Below, piece by piece: positions 23,860-36,800 of a stretch of 64,000 nucleotides of DNA. The first letter of the stretch is position 1; the number at the start of each line of letters is the position of its first letter. The stretch is from NCBI GenBank assembly GCA_950097015.1, contig CATNEN010000030.1:1178001-1242000 (forward strand), written 5' to 3'. Both the position numbers and the translations under genes were made by a program. The notes beneath the pieces were generated by a model. It saw only the letters and a list, made by a program, of their open reading frames with translations, had not been told where the DNA came from and did no database searches. Source of the stretch: Macrostomum hystrix (Eukaryota > Animalia > Platyhelminthes).

Positions 23860-24530
23860 GCCTAATGACCCTTCAATGATCCGCCACTTCCCTAATGACC
23901 CTACAATGATCCGCCACTTCCCTAATGACCCTTCAATGATCCGCCACTTCCCTAATGACCCTACAATGATCCGCCACTTCCCTAATGACCCTTCAATGAT
24001 CCGCCACTTCCCTAATGATCCTACAATGATCCGCCACTTCCCTAATGACCCTACAATGATCCGCCACTTCCCTAATGACCCTACAATGATCCGCCACTTC
24101 CCTAATGACCCTACAATGATCCGCCACTTCCCTAATGACCCTACAATGATCCGCCACTTCCCTAATGACCATTAAAATAGCCGCCACTTCCCTAATGACC
24201 ATTAAAATAGCCGCCACTTCCCTAATGACCATTAAAATAGCCGCCACTTCCCTAATGACCATTGAAATAGCCGCCACTTCCCTAATGACCATTGAAATAG
24301 CCGCCACTTCCCTAATGACCATTAAAATAGCCGCCACTTCCCTAATGACCATTAAAATAGCCGCCACTTCCCTAATGACCATTAAAATAGCCGCCACTTC
24401 CCTAATGACCATTAAAATAGCCGCCACTTCCCTAATGACCATTGAAATAGCCGCCACTTCCCTAAGACCCTACAATGATCCGCCACTTCCCTAATGACCA
24501 TTAAAATAGCCGCCACTTCCCTAATGACCC
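23860..24530. repeat. 30-bp minisatellite with two variant blocks
   Basis: CCGCCACTTCCCTAATGACC followed by CTACAATGAT, switching to ATTAAAATAG at about 24170. Confidence 0.96.
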
Positions 24531-24999
24531 TTCTATTAGTCAAAATTCCCTAGGCATGACCACATAAAAAATCACACACAAACGATATTTAGTGATCAAC
24601 CAACCAAGTGACAGGCTCTTGTCAACTTTTCATTGTTAGATTTCGCTGTACGCCTACATTAAGCATAAATCAGAAACACAGCTAGCCACTGTGAACAGCT
24701 GAACTGTCATCATTGAAACAAAGCAATAAATCGTTGATCATGCTCTAGTTTATATGACGCGAGTAATTACCAGCCCGTTTGTTAATGTGCCCAACGCAGT
24801 AAATATTCGTCTAATAAAATTTTATATTGTTGACAAAAATCAGTGACGCCTACAGATCATAGCTCAAATTGCTGCGTTTTCTGCTTCACTTCCGAAACAA
24901 TTTGCAGAGCAAATACAGGACACTGCACTGCCAGATACAAGACTAAGCACTGTAATACCAGACTGAGCAACTGCTGACATCTAATCATATGGTCATCTA

Positions 25000-25400
25000 T
25001 TCATCTAGTTATCTTGTCATCTTGTCATCTTGTCATTTAGCCATCTAGTCATCTTGTCATCTTGTCATCTTGTCATCTTGTCATTTAGCCATCCATTATT
25101 CTAGTCATTAATTATTCATCTGGTTATCTTGTCATTAGTCATCTAGTCATCTTGTCATCTAGTCACCATTGTCATCTAGTCATCCTGTCATCTAGTCATC
25201 CTGTCATCTAGTCATCCTGTCACCTAGTCATCTTGTCATCTTGTCACCTTGTCATCTAGTCACCCTGTCATCTAGTCATCCTGTCATCTAGTCATTCTGT
25301 CATCTAGTCATCCTGTTATCTAGTCATCCTGTCATCTAGTCATTCTGTCATCTAGTCATCTAGTAATTTGGTCATCTATATTCATAAATTGATCTAGTCA
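25000..25400. repeat. Degenerate 8/16-bp repeat
   Basis: Unit CTAGTCATCCTGTCAT. Confidence 0.85.
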
Positions 25401-26164
25401 TATGGCAATAGATTTATCGGTTCATCTATTCATCCGGCCATCAAGTGATTTCTTCATCTTCTCTTTTACGAGCTATTCCTTTGTGATTGCAGAATGTTTT
25501 CATCAAGCCAATTTTAGAATGCGAAAAAAGAATAAGAATTAGTGAAATGATTATTGCCAAGCAAATATTTTCAATGCCAAGCAAATTTCTAGTGATTTTA
25601 TTACACAAGGGCGTGTCGCTTCTCCTTAGCCAAATGATCGCTGCTGTAATCAAGCTATACGAGTTGGCGAGTGGCATGGATTATTGGGGAGTTGAGGTGC
25701 AGGCTGAGGTGACGAGAGCAACCAACAAGGCCAAACCCGCAGGCCTTCTCATGCAAGAAATTGAGTTATCGACAAAACGCGTGTGCGACCTCCTGAATGA
25801 GAGTAGAATAGGCAGACAAAAGTCAAGCAGAAGTGCAACGGCAGTCAGTGATTGCGTGTGCCAAAATTTGTGCTCATAATTGCATTCCGCTACTCATGCG
25901 ACTCAACAGGCGACTGTAACTCGGAAATCTTTCATCATATTGTTTTTGACTAACAGGCTTACACATCCATCCTGTGTATTCACTAAATCCATAGGATTTT
26001 AGTGAAATCCATATTTTCCCTTAAAATAGTCTTCTTTCTTCGTAAGATAGCACTCTATCGATAAAACTCACTCTATTCATTTGCATTCATTATTTGAAGA
26101 CAAGAACGAAATTCCCTGTCTATTTATCTTCTAACGATATGTTCAGTTTTATATACTGCTCAGT

Positions 26165-27540
26165 CTGTCTAGTTCTCAGTCTGCATATTTCTCAGTCTGT
26201 CTACTTCTCAGTCAGTCAGTCTACTTCTCAGTCGGTCAGTCTACTTCTCAGTCAGTCTGTCTACTTCTCAGTCAGTCAGTCTACTTCTCAGTCAGTCAGT
26301 CTACTTCTCAGTCGGTCTGTCTACTTCTCAGTCAGTCAGTCTACTTCTCAGTCGGGCAGTCTACTTCTCAGTCAGTCAGTCTACTTCTCAGTCGGTCAGT
26401 CTACTTCTCAGTCAGTCTGTCTACTTCTCAGTCGGTCAGTCTACTTCTCAGTCGGTCAGTCTACTTCTCAGTCGGTCTGTCTACTTCTCAGTCGGTCTGT
26501 CTACTTCGCAGTCAGTCATTCTACTTCTCAGTCGGTCAGTCTACTTCTCAGTCGGTCAGTCTACTTCTCAGTCAGTCTGTCTACTTCTCAGTCAGTCAGT
26601 CTACTTCTCAGTCAGTCAGTCTACTTCTCAGTCGGTCTGTCTACTTCTCAGTCAGTCAGTCTACTTCTCAGTCGGGCAGTCTACTTCTCAGTCGGTCAGT
26701 CTACTTCTCAGTCAGTCTGTCTACTTCTCAGTCAGTCAGTCTACTTCTCAGTCAGTCAGTCTACTTCTCAGTCAGTCAGTCTACTTCTCAGTCGGTCTGT
26801 CTACTTCTCAGTCAGTCAGTCTACTTCTCAGTCGGGCAGTCTACTTCTCAGTCAGTCAGTCTACTTCTCAGTCGGTCAGTCTACTTCTCAGTCAGTCTGT
26901 CTACTTCTCAGTCGGTCAGTCTACTTCTCAGTCGGTCAGTCTACTTCTCAGTCGGTCTGTCTACTTCTCAGTCGGTCTGTCTACTTCTCAGTCAGTCAGT
27001 CTACTTCTCAGTCGGTCAGTCTACTTCTCAGTCGGTCAGTCTACTTCTCAGTCAGTCAGTCTACTTCTCAGTCAGTCTGTCTACTTCTCAGTCAGTCAGT
27101 CTACTTCTCAGTCGGTCTGTCTACTTCTCAGTCAGTCAGTCTACTTCTCAGTCAGTCAGTCTACTTCTCAGTCGGGCAGTCTACTTCTCAGTCAGTCAGT
27201 CTACTTCTCAGTCAGTCTGTCTACTTCTCAGTCAGTCAGTCTACTTCTCAGTCGGTCTGTCTACTTCTCAGTCAGTCTGTCTACTTCTCAGTCGGTCAGT
27301 CTACTTCTCAGTCAGTCTGTCTACTTCTCAGTCAGTCTGTCTACTTCTCAGTCAGTCTGTCTACTTCTCAGTCAGTCTGTCTACTTCTCAGTCGGTCTGT
27401 CTACTTCTCAGTCAGTCTGTCTACTTCTCAGTCAGTCTGTCTACTTCTCAGTCGGTCTGTCTACTTCTCAGTCAGTCTGTCTACTTCTCAGTCAGTCAGT
27501 CTACTTCTCAGTCAGTCAGTCTACTTCTCAGCCTGTCTAC
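26165..27540. repeat. 20-bp minisatellite directly downstream of the esterase-like stop codon
   Basis: Unit CTACTTCTCAGTC(A/G)GTC(A/T)GT. Confidence 0.97.
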
Positions 27541-27555
27541 TTCCCGTAGGGAATG

Positions 27556-30500
27556 TCAGGCGTACCAGGTGTGAAGGCTCAGACCGCCAGGAAAGGCGGC
27601 CGCCCAGTTTCGGCAGACGCCGGCCCGCGGCTCCTCGGCAGCCGTTGCAGAGGCCAGATTCACTGCCAGGCTGCTCTCTGAGTAAGCGCGCCAGCCTGAG
27701 ACGCGGCCGGAGCGGGCGAACTCCAGCAGGGCACCCTTCAGCCAGTCGCCTTCGACATCGCTAAATATTTTCGCTGCGTCGTAGCCGCCCAATTCGACAT
27801 TGGCGGCGGAAACGCCGGCTGCAGTCCACGACGCCGGCGCCGTAGTCAAGTAGCGGTAAAATACGGTTGACGAATTTGCCGACAACCGGAGTCGCCGCTG
27901 ACTGGCCAGCCGGCGAGCGAAGTGATCCAGCTGGCAGGTGAGTCGCAGGTCTGTCGCCGCCTGCGCCAGCCGTCGCCAGGGTGGCGTCTCAGCCGTCCAG
28001 TGTCCGTCGCCGACGTACCAGCTGGTGGCGGCGGCCCACAATGCCGCCGCGCTGGCTGGAGTGGCGCCGCCGCCGGCTGCCAGACGACTGCCGGCGTGCG
28101 CAGCCAGCTGGTCGTCGCTCCATCGGTCCACGGCCGACGGATCAGCGAGGTAGCCGGCCGAGTCCTCCAGTGAGGATCCTTAGAGTGGTTGCAGAAATGT
28201 TTTAGGATTGCAATCGATCAGCCAAAGCGTTCCCGAATTCATAAGGCTTACCCAGCACCAGCGGCTTATCGATGAGCAGCTGCGCATCGGTGAGATACAG
28301 GGGCGAGCCAATCACTAGTCGACCGTCGGCGACCAGGAATCCTCGTCGATCGTTCATCGCTGAAGCCGGCGAGGGCAGAGCCGGTAGGTCAGCAAAGTCT
28401 GCGAGCACACCGGAGACGTTGGACCACGGCACTCCGGCGATGATGGAGCTGGAGTTCAGCGTCAGGCGGCAGGCGGCCCGCAGACAGGAGAACAGTCTAT
28501 GGTGAGGACGCCGAGAAATGTTGACTCCTTATGTCACTTCATTGACTGTGTTCCTTGATTTCACCATTATCCATCTTCAGAGGCCTTTAGTCAGAATACA
28601 TAAGTCTTCAGAGATTACCAGAACGGGGGGATTCCTAGAATCTTTAGGGATTCCTAGAATCTTTAGGGATTCCAAGAATCTTCACGGATACCTAGAATTT
28701 TCATGGATTAGTATAATCTTCAGGCCTCAGGAATCCCTAGAATCTTCAGGGATTCCTAGCATCTTCAGGGTTTTCAGCAGCTTCAGGGACTCCTAGAATC
28801 TACAGGATTCGCCAGAGGTCCCAGACCTCGTGTCGTTCCGCATCGCAACAGTCGCGTGCTGCCACACAATCAGAGCCGGGCTGCTCAGCCACAGCTTGTG
28901 GAACAGGCCGCTGAACTCTGAGCCAATAGCCAGGTGCAAGGCCAGAGAAGCACCGCCACTGCCAATGCCCAGAAGAGTCACCTTAAATTGTTCAGTTAAT
29001 ATTAAATAACGGTTTTATTTTCTATTAGCAATTCTTTTCCTTAAAAACTTCACTTTAACTCCGCTCCCTCCGATTTCCGCACTCTCCGAGCTCCGCCCTC
29101 TCCCAGCTCCGCCATCTCCCAGCTCCGCCCTCTCCCAGCTCCGCCCTCTCCCAGCTCCGCCCTCTCCCAGCTCCGCTCTCTCCCAGCTCAGCCCTCTCCC
29201 AGCTCCGCTCTCTCCCAGCTCAGCCCTCTCCCAGCTCCGCTCTCTCCCAGCTCCGCTCTCTCCCAGCTCCGCCCTCTCCCAGCCTGTCCTTCCATTCCCA
29301 AATCAACCACAAGCAGCCGCTCACATTGCCTGGTGAGGCGCCGAAAGAACGCAGATTTCTTCGCAGCCAGCCGAGCGCAACACCGACGTCGCCGAGTGCC
29401 AAATTGCCGCCGCCGTCGCGACTCGGCGACTCGTCGTTGAGGTCGCGATGCGTCAGGAGGCCAACTGGGCCGAGACGGTGCCGCACACTGACGAAAACAA
29501 CGCCGCCAGCGCCGGCGACCAGTCGGTCTGGCACATGCAAACGCCGCGGCGAGGCTACTCCCAGTAGGCCTGCCAGCACGACAATCGTTGGCAAGGCATC
29601 GTCGATTCTATCGTCTGTGTCGGCATCGTCCAACGATTCGGCGGATGGCGTTGCCAGGTCGAGGTACAGACAGTCGGCTGAGCCGCGCTGCACTCCGTCG
29701 AGGCCAACCTGTGAGCAGGCGATGTCGGCACCGTCGGCCATCTGGGGGTAGCGCAGGCGGCGCTGGTAAAAAGGCTGCGCCAACTCAGTGGGAGTCAATC
29801 GCCAGGCCTCGGCGCACATCAGCTGACCGTAGACCGGCCTGGCCGGCATCAGCTGCCACTGGCCAGTCGGTGGCATGGCGTAGGGCACCCCTTCGAAGCG
29901 GTAGACAGATGCGCTGATGTTGGTGGCGGACAGCAGGCCGCAGTCGATCTCCCGGTGCGCGCCGCTGGCAGTCTGTCGATAGGGCCGCTGATAGACAGTC
30001 TGGCGGGCCCGGTCGGCGCCAAGCGCCAACGGCAGGCCGATGCCGAGCGCTACGCAAAGCAGCAGGAAGACGGCGACGGCGACTCGAGTTAACAGGCGAG
30101 CCCAACGTTTATTGGCCTCGGCGGCTACCGCGGCGGCGTCGGCCTCATCGAAGGTGGCCAACGGGGCCGAGTGCGGAGGCGCCGGCTTCTCCTCTGGCAG
30201 CGGCGGCAACTGCGGCGGCGGTGACGGCGGCTGAGTCGGCCAGAAGTTAAACGTTGGGATTCACTATAGTCAAGTCAAGTCATCCCCCGTAAGCACATTA
30301 ACTGATAATAATATTAGCGGGAGAGCTGTGGGCAGTGGCAGAAGGAGAGGCAAGGAGCACACAGGTGTGTTTATCTGTCAGGCAGTTTGTACTTTCACTG
30401 TGCCTTGGAGGTTGGCCCTCAGGGGCGTAAATTGCACGACAAGCCACCAAGCCTTCTCTCTGCGGCTGCGCCCCAAATGAATGCGGCCTCGCCGAAGAAT

Positions 30501-33205
30501 CGAGCTCATACCCCAGCTCCGCCCTCTCCCAGTTCCGCCCTCTCCCAGCTCCGCCCTCTCCCAGTTCCGCCCTCTCCCAGTTCCGCCCTCTCCCAGCTCC
30601 GCCCTCTCCCAGTTCCGCCCTCTCCCAGCTCCGCCCTCTCCCAGTTCCGCCCTCTCCCAGCTCCGCCCTCTCCCAGTTCCGCCCTCTCCCAGCACCGCCC
30701 TCTCCCAGTTCCGCCCTCTCCCAGTTCCGCCCTCTCCCAGCTCCGCCCTCTCCCAGTTCCGCCCTCTCCCAGCTCCGCCCTCTCCCAGTTCCGCCCTCTC
30801 CCAGCTCCGCCCTCTCCCAGCTCCGCCCTCTCTCTCCCGCCCTCTAACGCAAACGCGTTAGACCGCTCTGCCACTCACCCCCGCGAGTTATTGTGGCAGC
30901 ACTGTGTACACACACGCACAATGAGTACTTTTTCATTCATTTTTCATTCTAGGAAACCTCAGTGGCGCCTAAAAACAGCAGGTGGGCGGTAAAACTAATC
31001 ATAGTAACGTGCCTGAGTTGAGTCGCCCCTAACTCAGTTGGAATAGTAACCGAAGCACTAGAACCGCTTCTTGACCCCGTTGCTAAAGCCATTGGAGGCA
31101 TGCGCACTGTTCCCTCATTGGATTAAGACTTGGGATGGCTGTTGCAGGAATCACTCCTGACAAGAAGTGGCCAGTTGAACTGCTCGCAGCTTCTCACTGC
31201 CAGCCTCCTGGAGCAGCTACTTGCAGCAGTTTGCTGTAGAACGCTGCCCCTCATCAGGAAATCCGGAAGAAGGGCGTCACATTTCTAGCTAAGAGAAAAT
31301 TTCTGTCCAGTTTTCTCCTCTTCTGATTGGATTAATTCAAATAGTTCTCAGGCAGTGCTCATGGGATTACAGAAACTATCTTTTGAGTAAATCAGAGCCT
31401 AGCCATTTCGTTGACAATCTTAATCCGATTTCTTGCATGTAAAAAAACGAATTTGCAATTTATATTTTCCGTTTCTTATATAAGTATTAGCTTCACTAGC
31501 CCTGTTTATATGCTATGCAACGTCTAGGCCGACAATTGCTAAGCATGCTATGGATCTCATGCACAGGTGTGCAATGCTATGTAGATCTCATGTCACAGGT
31601 GTGCAATGCTATGGGTCTCATGTCACAGATGTGCAATCCTATGGATCTGATGTCACAGGTGTGCAATGCTATGCATGTCACAAGTCACAGGTGTGCAATC
31701 CTATGGATCCGATGTCACAGGTGTGCGATGCTATGGATCCGATGTCACAGGTGTGCAATGCTATGTAGATCTCATGTCACAGGTGTGCCATCCTATGGAT
31801 CCATGTCACAGGTGTGCAATGCTATGCATGTCACATGTCACAGGTGTGCAATGCTATCGGTCTCATGTCACAGGTAAGCAATACTATGTAGATCTCATGT
31901 CACAGGTGTGCAATGCTATGTAGATCTCATGTCACAGGTGTGCAATGCTATGGGTCTCATGTCACAGGTGTGCAATGCTATGTAGATCTCATGTCACAGG
32001 TGTGCAATGCTATGGGTCTCATGTCACAGGTGTGCAATGCTATGGGTCTCATGTCACAGGTGTGCAATGCTATGTAGATCTCATGTCACAGGTGTGCAAT
32101 GCTATGTAGATCTCATGTCACAGGTGTGCAATGCTATGTAGATCTCATGTCACAGGTGTGCAATGCTATGGGTCTCATGTCACAGGTGTGTAATCCTATG
32201 GATCCGATGTCACAGGTGTGCGATGCTATGGATCCGATGTCACAGGTGTGCAATGCTATGCATGTCACATGTCACAGGTGTGCAATCCTATGGATCCATG
32301 TCACAGGTGTGCAATGCTATGCATGTCACATGTCACAGGTGTGCAATCCTATGGATCCATGTCACAGGTGTGCAATGCTATCGGTCTCATGTCACAGGTA
32401 AGCAATACTATGTAGATCTCATGTCACAGGTGTGCAATGCTATGGGTCTCATGTCACAGGTGTACAATGCTATGGGTCTCATGTCACAGGTGTGTAATCC
32501 TATGGATCTGATGTCACAGGTGTGCAATGCTATGCATGTCACATGTCACAGTTGTGCAATCCTATGGATCCGATGTCACAGGTGTGCAATGCTATGCATG
32601 TCCCATGTCACAGGTGTGCAATGCTATGCATGTCACATGTCACAGGTGTGCAATGCTATGCATGTCCCATGTCACAGGTGTGCAATGCTATGCATGTCAC
32701 ATGTCACAGGTGTGCAATGCTATGCATGTCACATGTCACAGTTGTGCAATCCTATGGATCCGATGTCACAGGTGTGCAATGCTATGCATGTCCCATGTCA
32801 CAGGTGTGCAATGCTATGCATGTCACATGTCACAGGTGTGCAATGCTATGCATGTCCCATGTCACAGGTGTGCAATGCTATGCATGTCCCATGTCACAGG
32901 TGTGCAATGCTATGCATGTCACATGTCACAGGTGTGCAATGCTATGCATGTCACATGTCACAGGTGTGCAATCCTATGGATCCGATGTCACAGGTGTGCA
33001 ATGCTATGGATCTCATGTCACAGGTGCGCAATGAATCCTCATTCCTCACAGCAAATTGGCCAGTTGTGAAGGTCACATCACCAGCTCCGCGCAGTGCGCC
33101 GTCTGTCAGCGGATCCGCGTACGACAACCTGGAGCGAGGAAGAGCTCGGGTGCCGGCACCGCCAGTGCGGTCGCGTTGACGACTTCCAAACGAGCCGGCG
33201 ATCAT
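27556..33205 (-). CDS. Type II membrane carboxylesterase/cholinesterase-fold protein, catalytically inactive (neurotactin-like cholinesterase-like adhesion molecule)
   Basis: Exons (minus strand): putative 33205-33050, then 30230-29325, 28981-28827, 28496-28252, 28178-27556, with consistent phases (0,0,2,1). N-terminal TM segment VAVAVFLLLCVALGIGLPLALG, then esterase motifs FEGVPYAMPP, SADCLYLD, VSVRHRLGPVGLL, GNLALGDVGVALGWLRRNLRSFGASPGNVTLLGIGSGG. The 5'-most exon is less certain. Confidence 0.85.
29090..29283. repeat. 16-bp G-rich minisatellite, same unit as 30511-30845
   Basis: Unit CTCCGCCCTCTCCCAG. Confidence 0.95.
30305..30882 (-). mobile_element. SINE family 1 copy interrupted by a 16-bp minisatellite between its A and B boxes
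   Basis: The SINE body runs 30305-30508, the array 30511-30845, and the SINE head 30846-30882. Confidence 0.85.
31545..33030. repeat. About 32-bp variant minisatellite in the first esterase-like intron
   Basis: Unit ATGTCACAGGTGTGCAATGCTATGTAGATCTC and variants. Confidence 0.95.
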
Positions 33206-33814
33206 GGAGTCTCTCGGAGTTGAAGTGGAAGGCAAAGGCTGCACGAAGGATCAAAGAGTCAGGGTATGTGTAGGTGTCGTGCCTCGCCTTACTTGTACCA
33301 AGGCTAGAATATGTCCAAATCTCTTCCATCCCTTTCCTAACATGCGTCCGATGAAACCCCAGACTCAGTTGGCAGAGATCAAGTGACATTGGGTGAGTGA
33401 CGCCTTGTTTGCGAGTGGGGGAGAGTGCGATCCGCAGATCGTCACGTCAACTTCAACCTCTCGCTCACTCTATCTCTGTCTCCACGGCTAATGGGCACAG
33501 CGGCAGATATGGTCGTTAGCTTAATTGGCGATCAAAGAGTATGAAACAGAGGCACAGATCATCTGGCCATGCTCCAAATCAGTTTTTTGCAGGTTACAAA
33601 AAAGTACGATCGACTGGACAAGATGACGAACATCAAGGCAGCTTTTTTAAAGTGTTCTCTAAAATGATAGCTCTCTTCCAGAAGCCTCGCGCATGCCTTA
33701 CAAAGCAACAATAACAAACAGCAAATGCATTGAAAAACATTGAGTTGTTCGCCTTTGGGCACACTCGTTTGAGCCAAAAAGCAATGGCTGACGCAAACAT
33801 TCTTTGACGATTCT

Positions 33815-36800
33815 ATAGCAATGACTGAGGCTACGATTCCATAGCAATGACTGAGGCTACGATTCTATAGCAATGACTGAGGCTACGGTTCTATAGCAAT
33901 GACTGAGGCTACGGTTCTATAGCAATGACTGAGGCTACGGTTCTATAGCAATGACTGAGGCTACGGTTCTATAGCAATGACTGAGGCTACGGTTCTATAG
34001 CAATGACTGAGGCTACGGTTCTATAGCAATGACTGAGGCTACGATTCTATAGCAATGGCTGAGGCTACGATTCTATGGCAATGACTGAGGCTACGGTTCT
34101 ATAGCAATGACTGAGGCTACGATTCTATAGCAATGACTGAGGCTACGATTCTATAGCAATGACTGAGGCTACGATTCTATAGCAATGACTGAGGCTACGG
34201 TTCTATAGCAATGACTGAGGCTACGGTTCTATAGCAATGACTGAGGCTACTTTTTAAAGCAATGACTGAGGCTACGATTCTATAGCAATGACTGAGGCTA
34301 CGGTTCTATAGCAATGACTGAGGCTACGATTCTATAGCAATGACTGAGGCTACGATTCAATGGCAATGACTGAGGCTACGGTTCTATAGCAATGACTGAG
34401 GCTACGATTCCATAGCAATGACTGAGGCTACGATTCTATAGCAATGACTGAGGCTACGGTTCTATAGCAATGACTGAGGCTACGATTCTATAGCAATGAC
34501 TGAGGCTACGATTCTATAGCAATGACTGAGGCTACGATTCTATAGCAATGACTGAGGCTACGGTTCTATAGCAATGACTGAGGCTACGGTTCTATAGCAA
34601 TGACTGAGGCTACGGTTCTATAGCAATGACTGAGGCTACGGTTCTATAGCAATGACTGAGGCTACGGTTCTATAGCAATGACTGAGGCTACGGTTCTATA
34701 GCAATGACTGAGGCTACGGTACTATAGCAATGACTGAGGCTACGGTTCTATAGCAATGACTGAGGCTACGGTTCTATAGCAATGACTGAGGCTACGATTC
34801 TATAGCAATGGCTGAGGCTACGGTTCTATAGCAATGACTGAGGCTACGATTCTATAGCAATGACTGAGGCTACGGTTCTATAGCAATGACTGAGGCTACG
34901 GTTCTATAGCAATGACTGAGGCTACGGTTCTATAGCAATGACTGAGGCTACGATTCTATGGCAATGACTGAGGCTACGATTCTATAGCAATGACTGAGGC
35001 TACGATTCTATAGCAATGACTGAGGCTACGATTCTATAGCAATGACTGAGGCTACGATTCTATAGCAATGGCTGAGGCTACGATTCTATGGCAATGACTG
35101 AGGCTACGATTCAATGGCAATGACTGAGGCTACGGTTCTATAGCAATGACTGAGGCTACGATTCTATAGCAATGACTGAGGCTACGATTCTATAGCAATG
35201 ACTGAGGCTACGGTTCTATAGCAATGACTGAGGCTACGGTTCTATAGCAATGACTGAGGCTACGGTTCTATAGCAATGACTGAGGCTACGGTTCTATAGC
35301 AATGACTGAGGCTACGGTTCTATAGCAATGACTGAGGCTACGGTTCTATAGCAATGACTGAGGCTACGGTTCTATAGCAATGACTGAGGCTACGGTTCTA
35401 TAGCAATGACTGAGGCTACGGTTCTATAGCAATGACTGAGGCTACTTTTTAAAGCAATGACTGAGGCTACGATTCTATAGCAATGGCTGAGGCTACGATT
35501 CTATGGCAATGACTGAGGCTACGATTCAATGGCAATGACTGAGGCTACGGTTCTATAGCAATGACTGAGGCTACGGTTCTATAGCAATGACTGAGGCTAC
35601 GATTCTATAGCAATGACTGAGGCTACGATTCTATAGCAATGACTGAGGCTACGATTCTATAGCAATGACTGAGGCTACGATTCTATAGCAATGGCTGAGG
35701 CTACGATTCTATGGCAATGACTGAGGCTACGATTCAATGGCAATGACTGAGGCTACGGTTCTATAGCAATGACTGAGGCTACGATTCTATAGCAATGACT
35801 GAGGCTACGATTCTATAGCAATGACTGAGGCTACGGTTCTATAGCAATGACTGAGGCTACGGTTCTATAGCAATGACTGAGGCTACGATTCCATAGCAAT
35901 GACTGAGGCTACGATTCCATAGCAATGACTGAGGCTACGATTCTATAGCAATGACTGAGGCTACTTTTTAAAGCAATGACTGAGGCTACGATTCTATAGC
36001 AATGACTGAGGCTACGATTCTATAGCAATGACTGAGGCTACGATTCTATAGCAATGACTGAGGCTACGATTCTATAGCAATGACTGAGGCTACGGTTCTA
36101 TAGCAATGACTGAGGCTACGATTCCATAGCAATGACTGAGGCTACGATTCTATAGCAATGACTGAGGCTACGATTCTATAGCAATGACTGAGGCTACTTT
36201 TTAAAGCAATGACTGAGGCTACGATTCTATAGCAATGACTGAGGCTACGATTCTATAGCAATGACTGAGGCTACGGTTCTATAGCAATGACTGAGGCTAC
36301 GGTTCTATAGCAATGACTGAGGCTACGGTTCTATAGCAATGACTGAGGCTACGATTCCATAGCAATGACTGAGGCTACGATTCTATAGCAATGACTGAGG
36401 CTACGATTCTATGGCAAAGACTAAGGCTAAGATTCTATGGCAATGAGTAAGGATACGATTCTAAAGCAATGACTGAGGCTACTTTTTAAAGCAATGACTG
36501 AGGCTACGGTTCTATAGCAATGACTGAGGCTACTTTTTAAAGCAATGACTGAGGCTACTTTTTAAAGCAATGGCTGAGGCTACGATTCTATAGCAATGAC
36601 TGAGGCTACGATTCTATAGCAATGGCTGAGGCTACGATTCTATGGCAATGACTAAGGCTACGATTCTATGGCAATGACTGAGGCTACGATTCTATGGCAA
36701 TGACTAAGGCTACGATTCTATGGCAATGACTGAGGCTACGATTCTATGGCAATGACTGAGGCTACGGTTCTATAGCAATGACTGAGGCTACGATTCTATA

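Noticed and set aside
25487-25879. 130-aa ORF
   Set aside because: No recognisable motif, splice context or codon signature.
26094-27764. 556-aa ORF
   Set aside because: A 20-bp minisatellite read-through overlapping the antisense end of the esterase-like gene.
31515-33179. Cys/His-rich ORFs resembling metallothionein or zinc fingers
   Set aside because: Open in several frames because of a ~32-bp intronic minisatellite; the Cys/His content is a by-product of the repeat.
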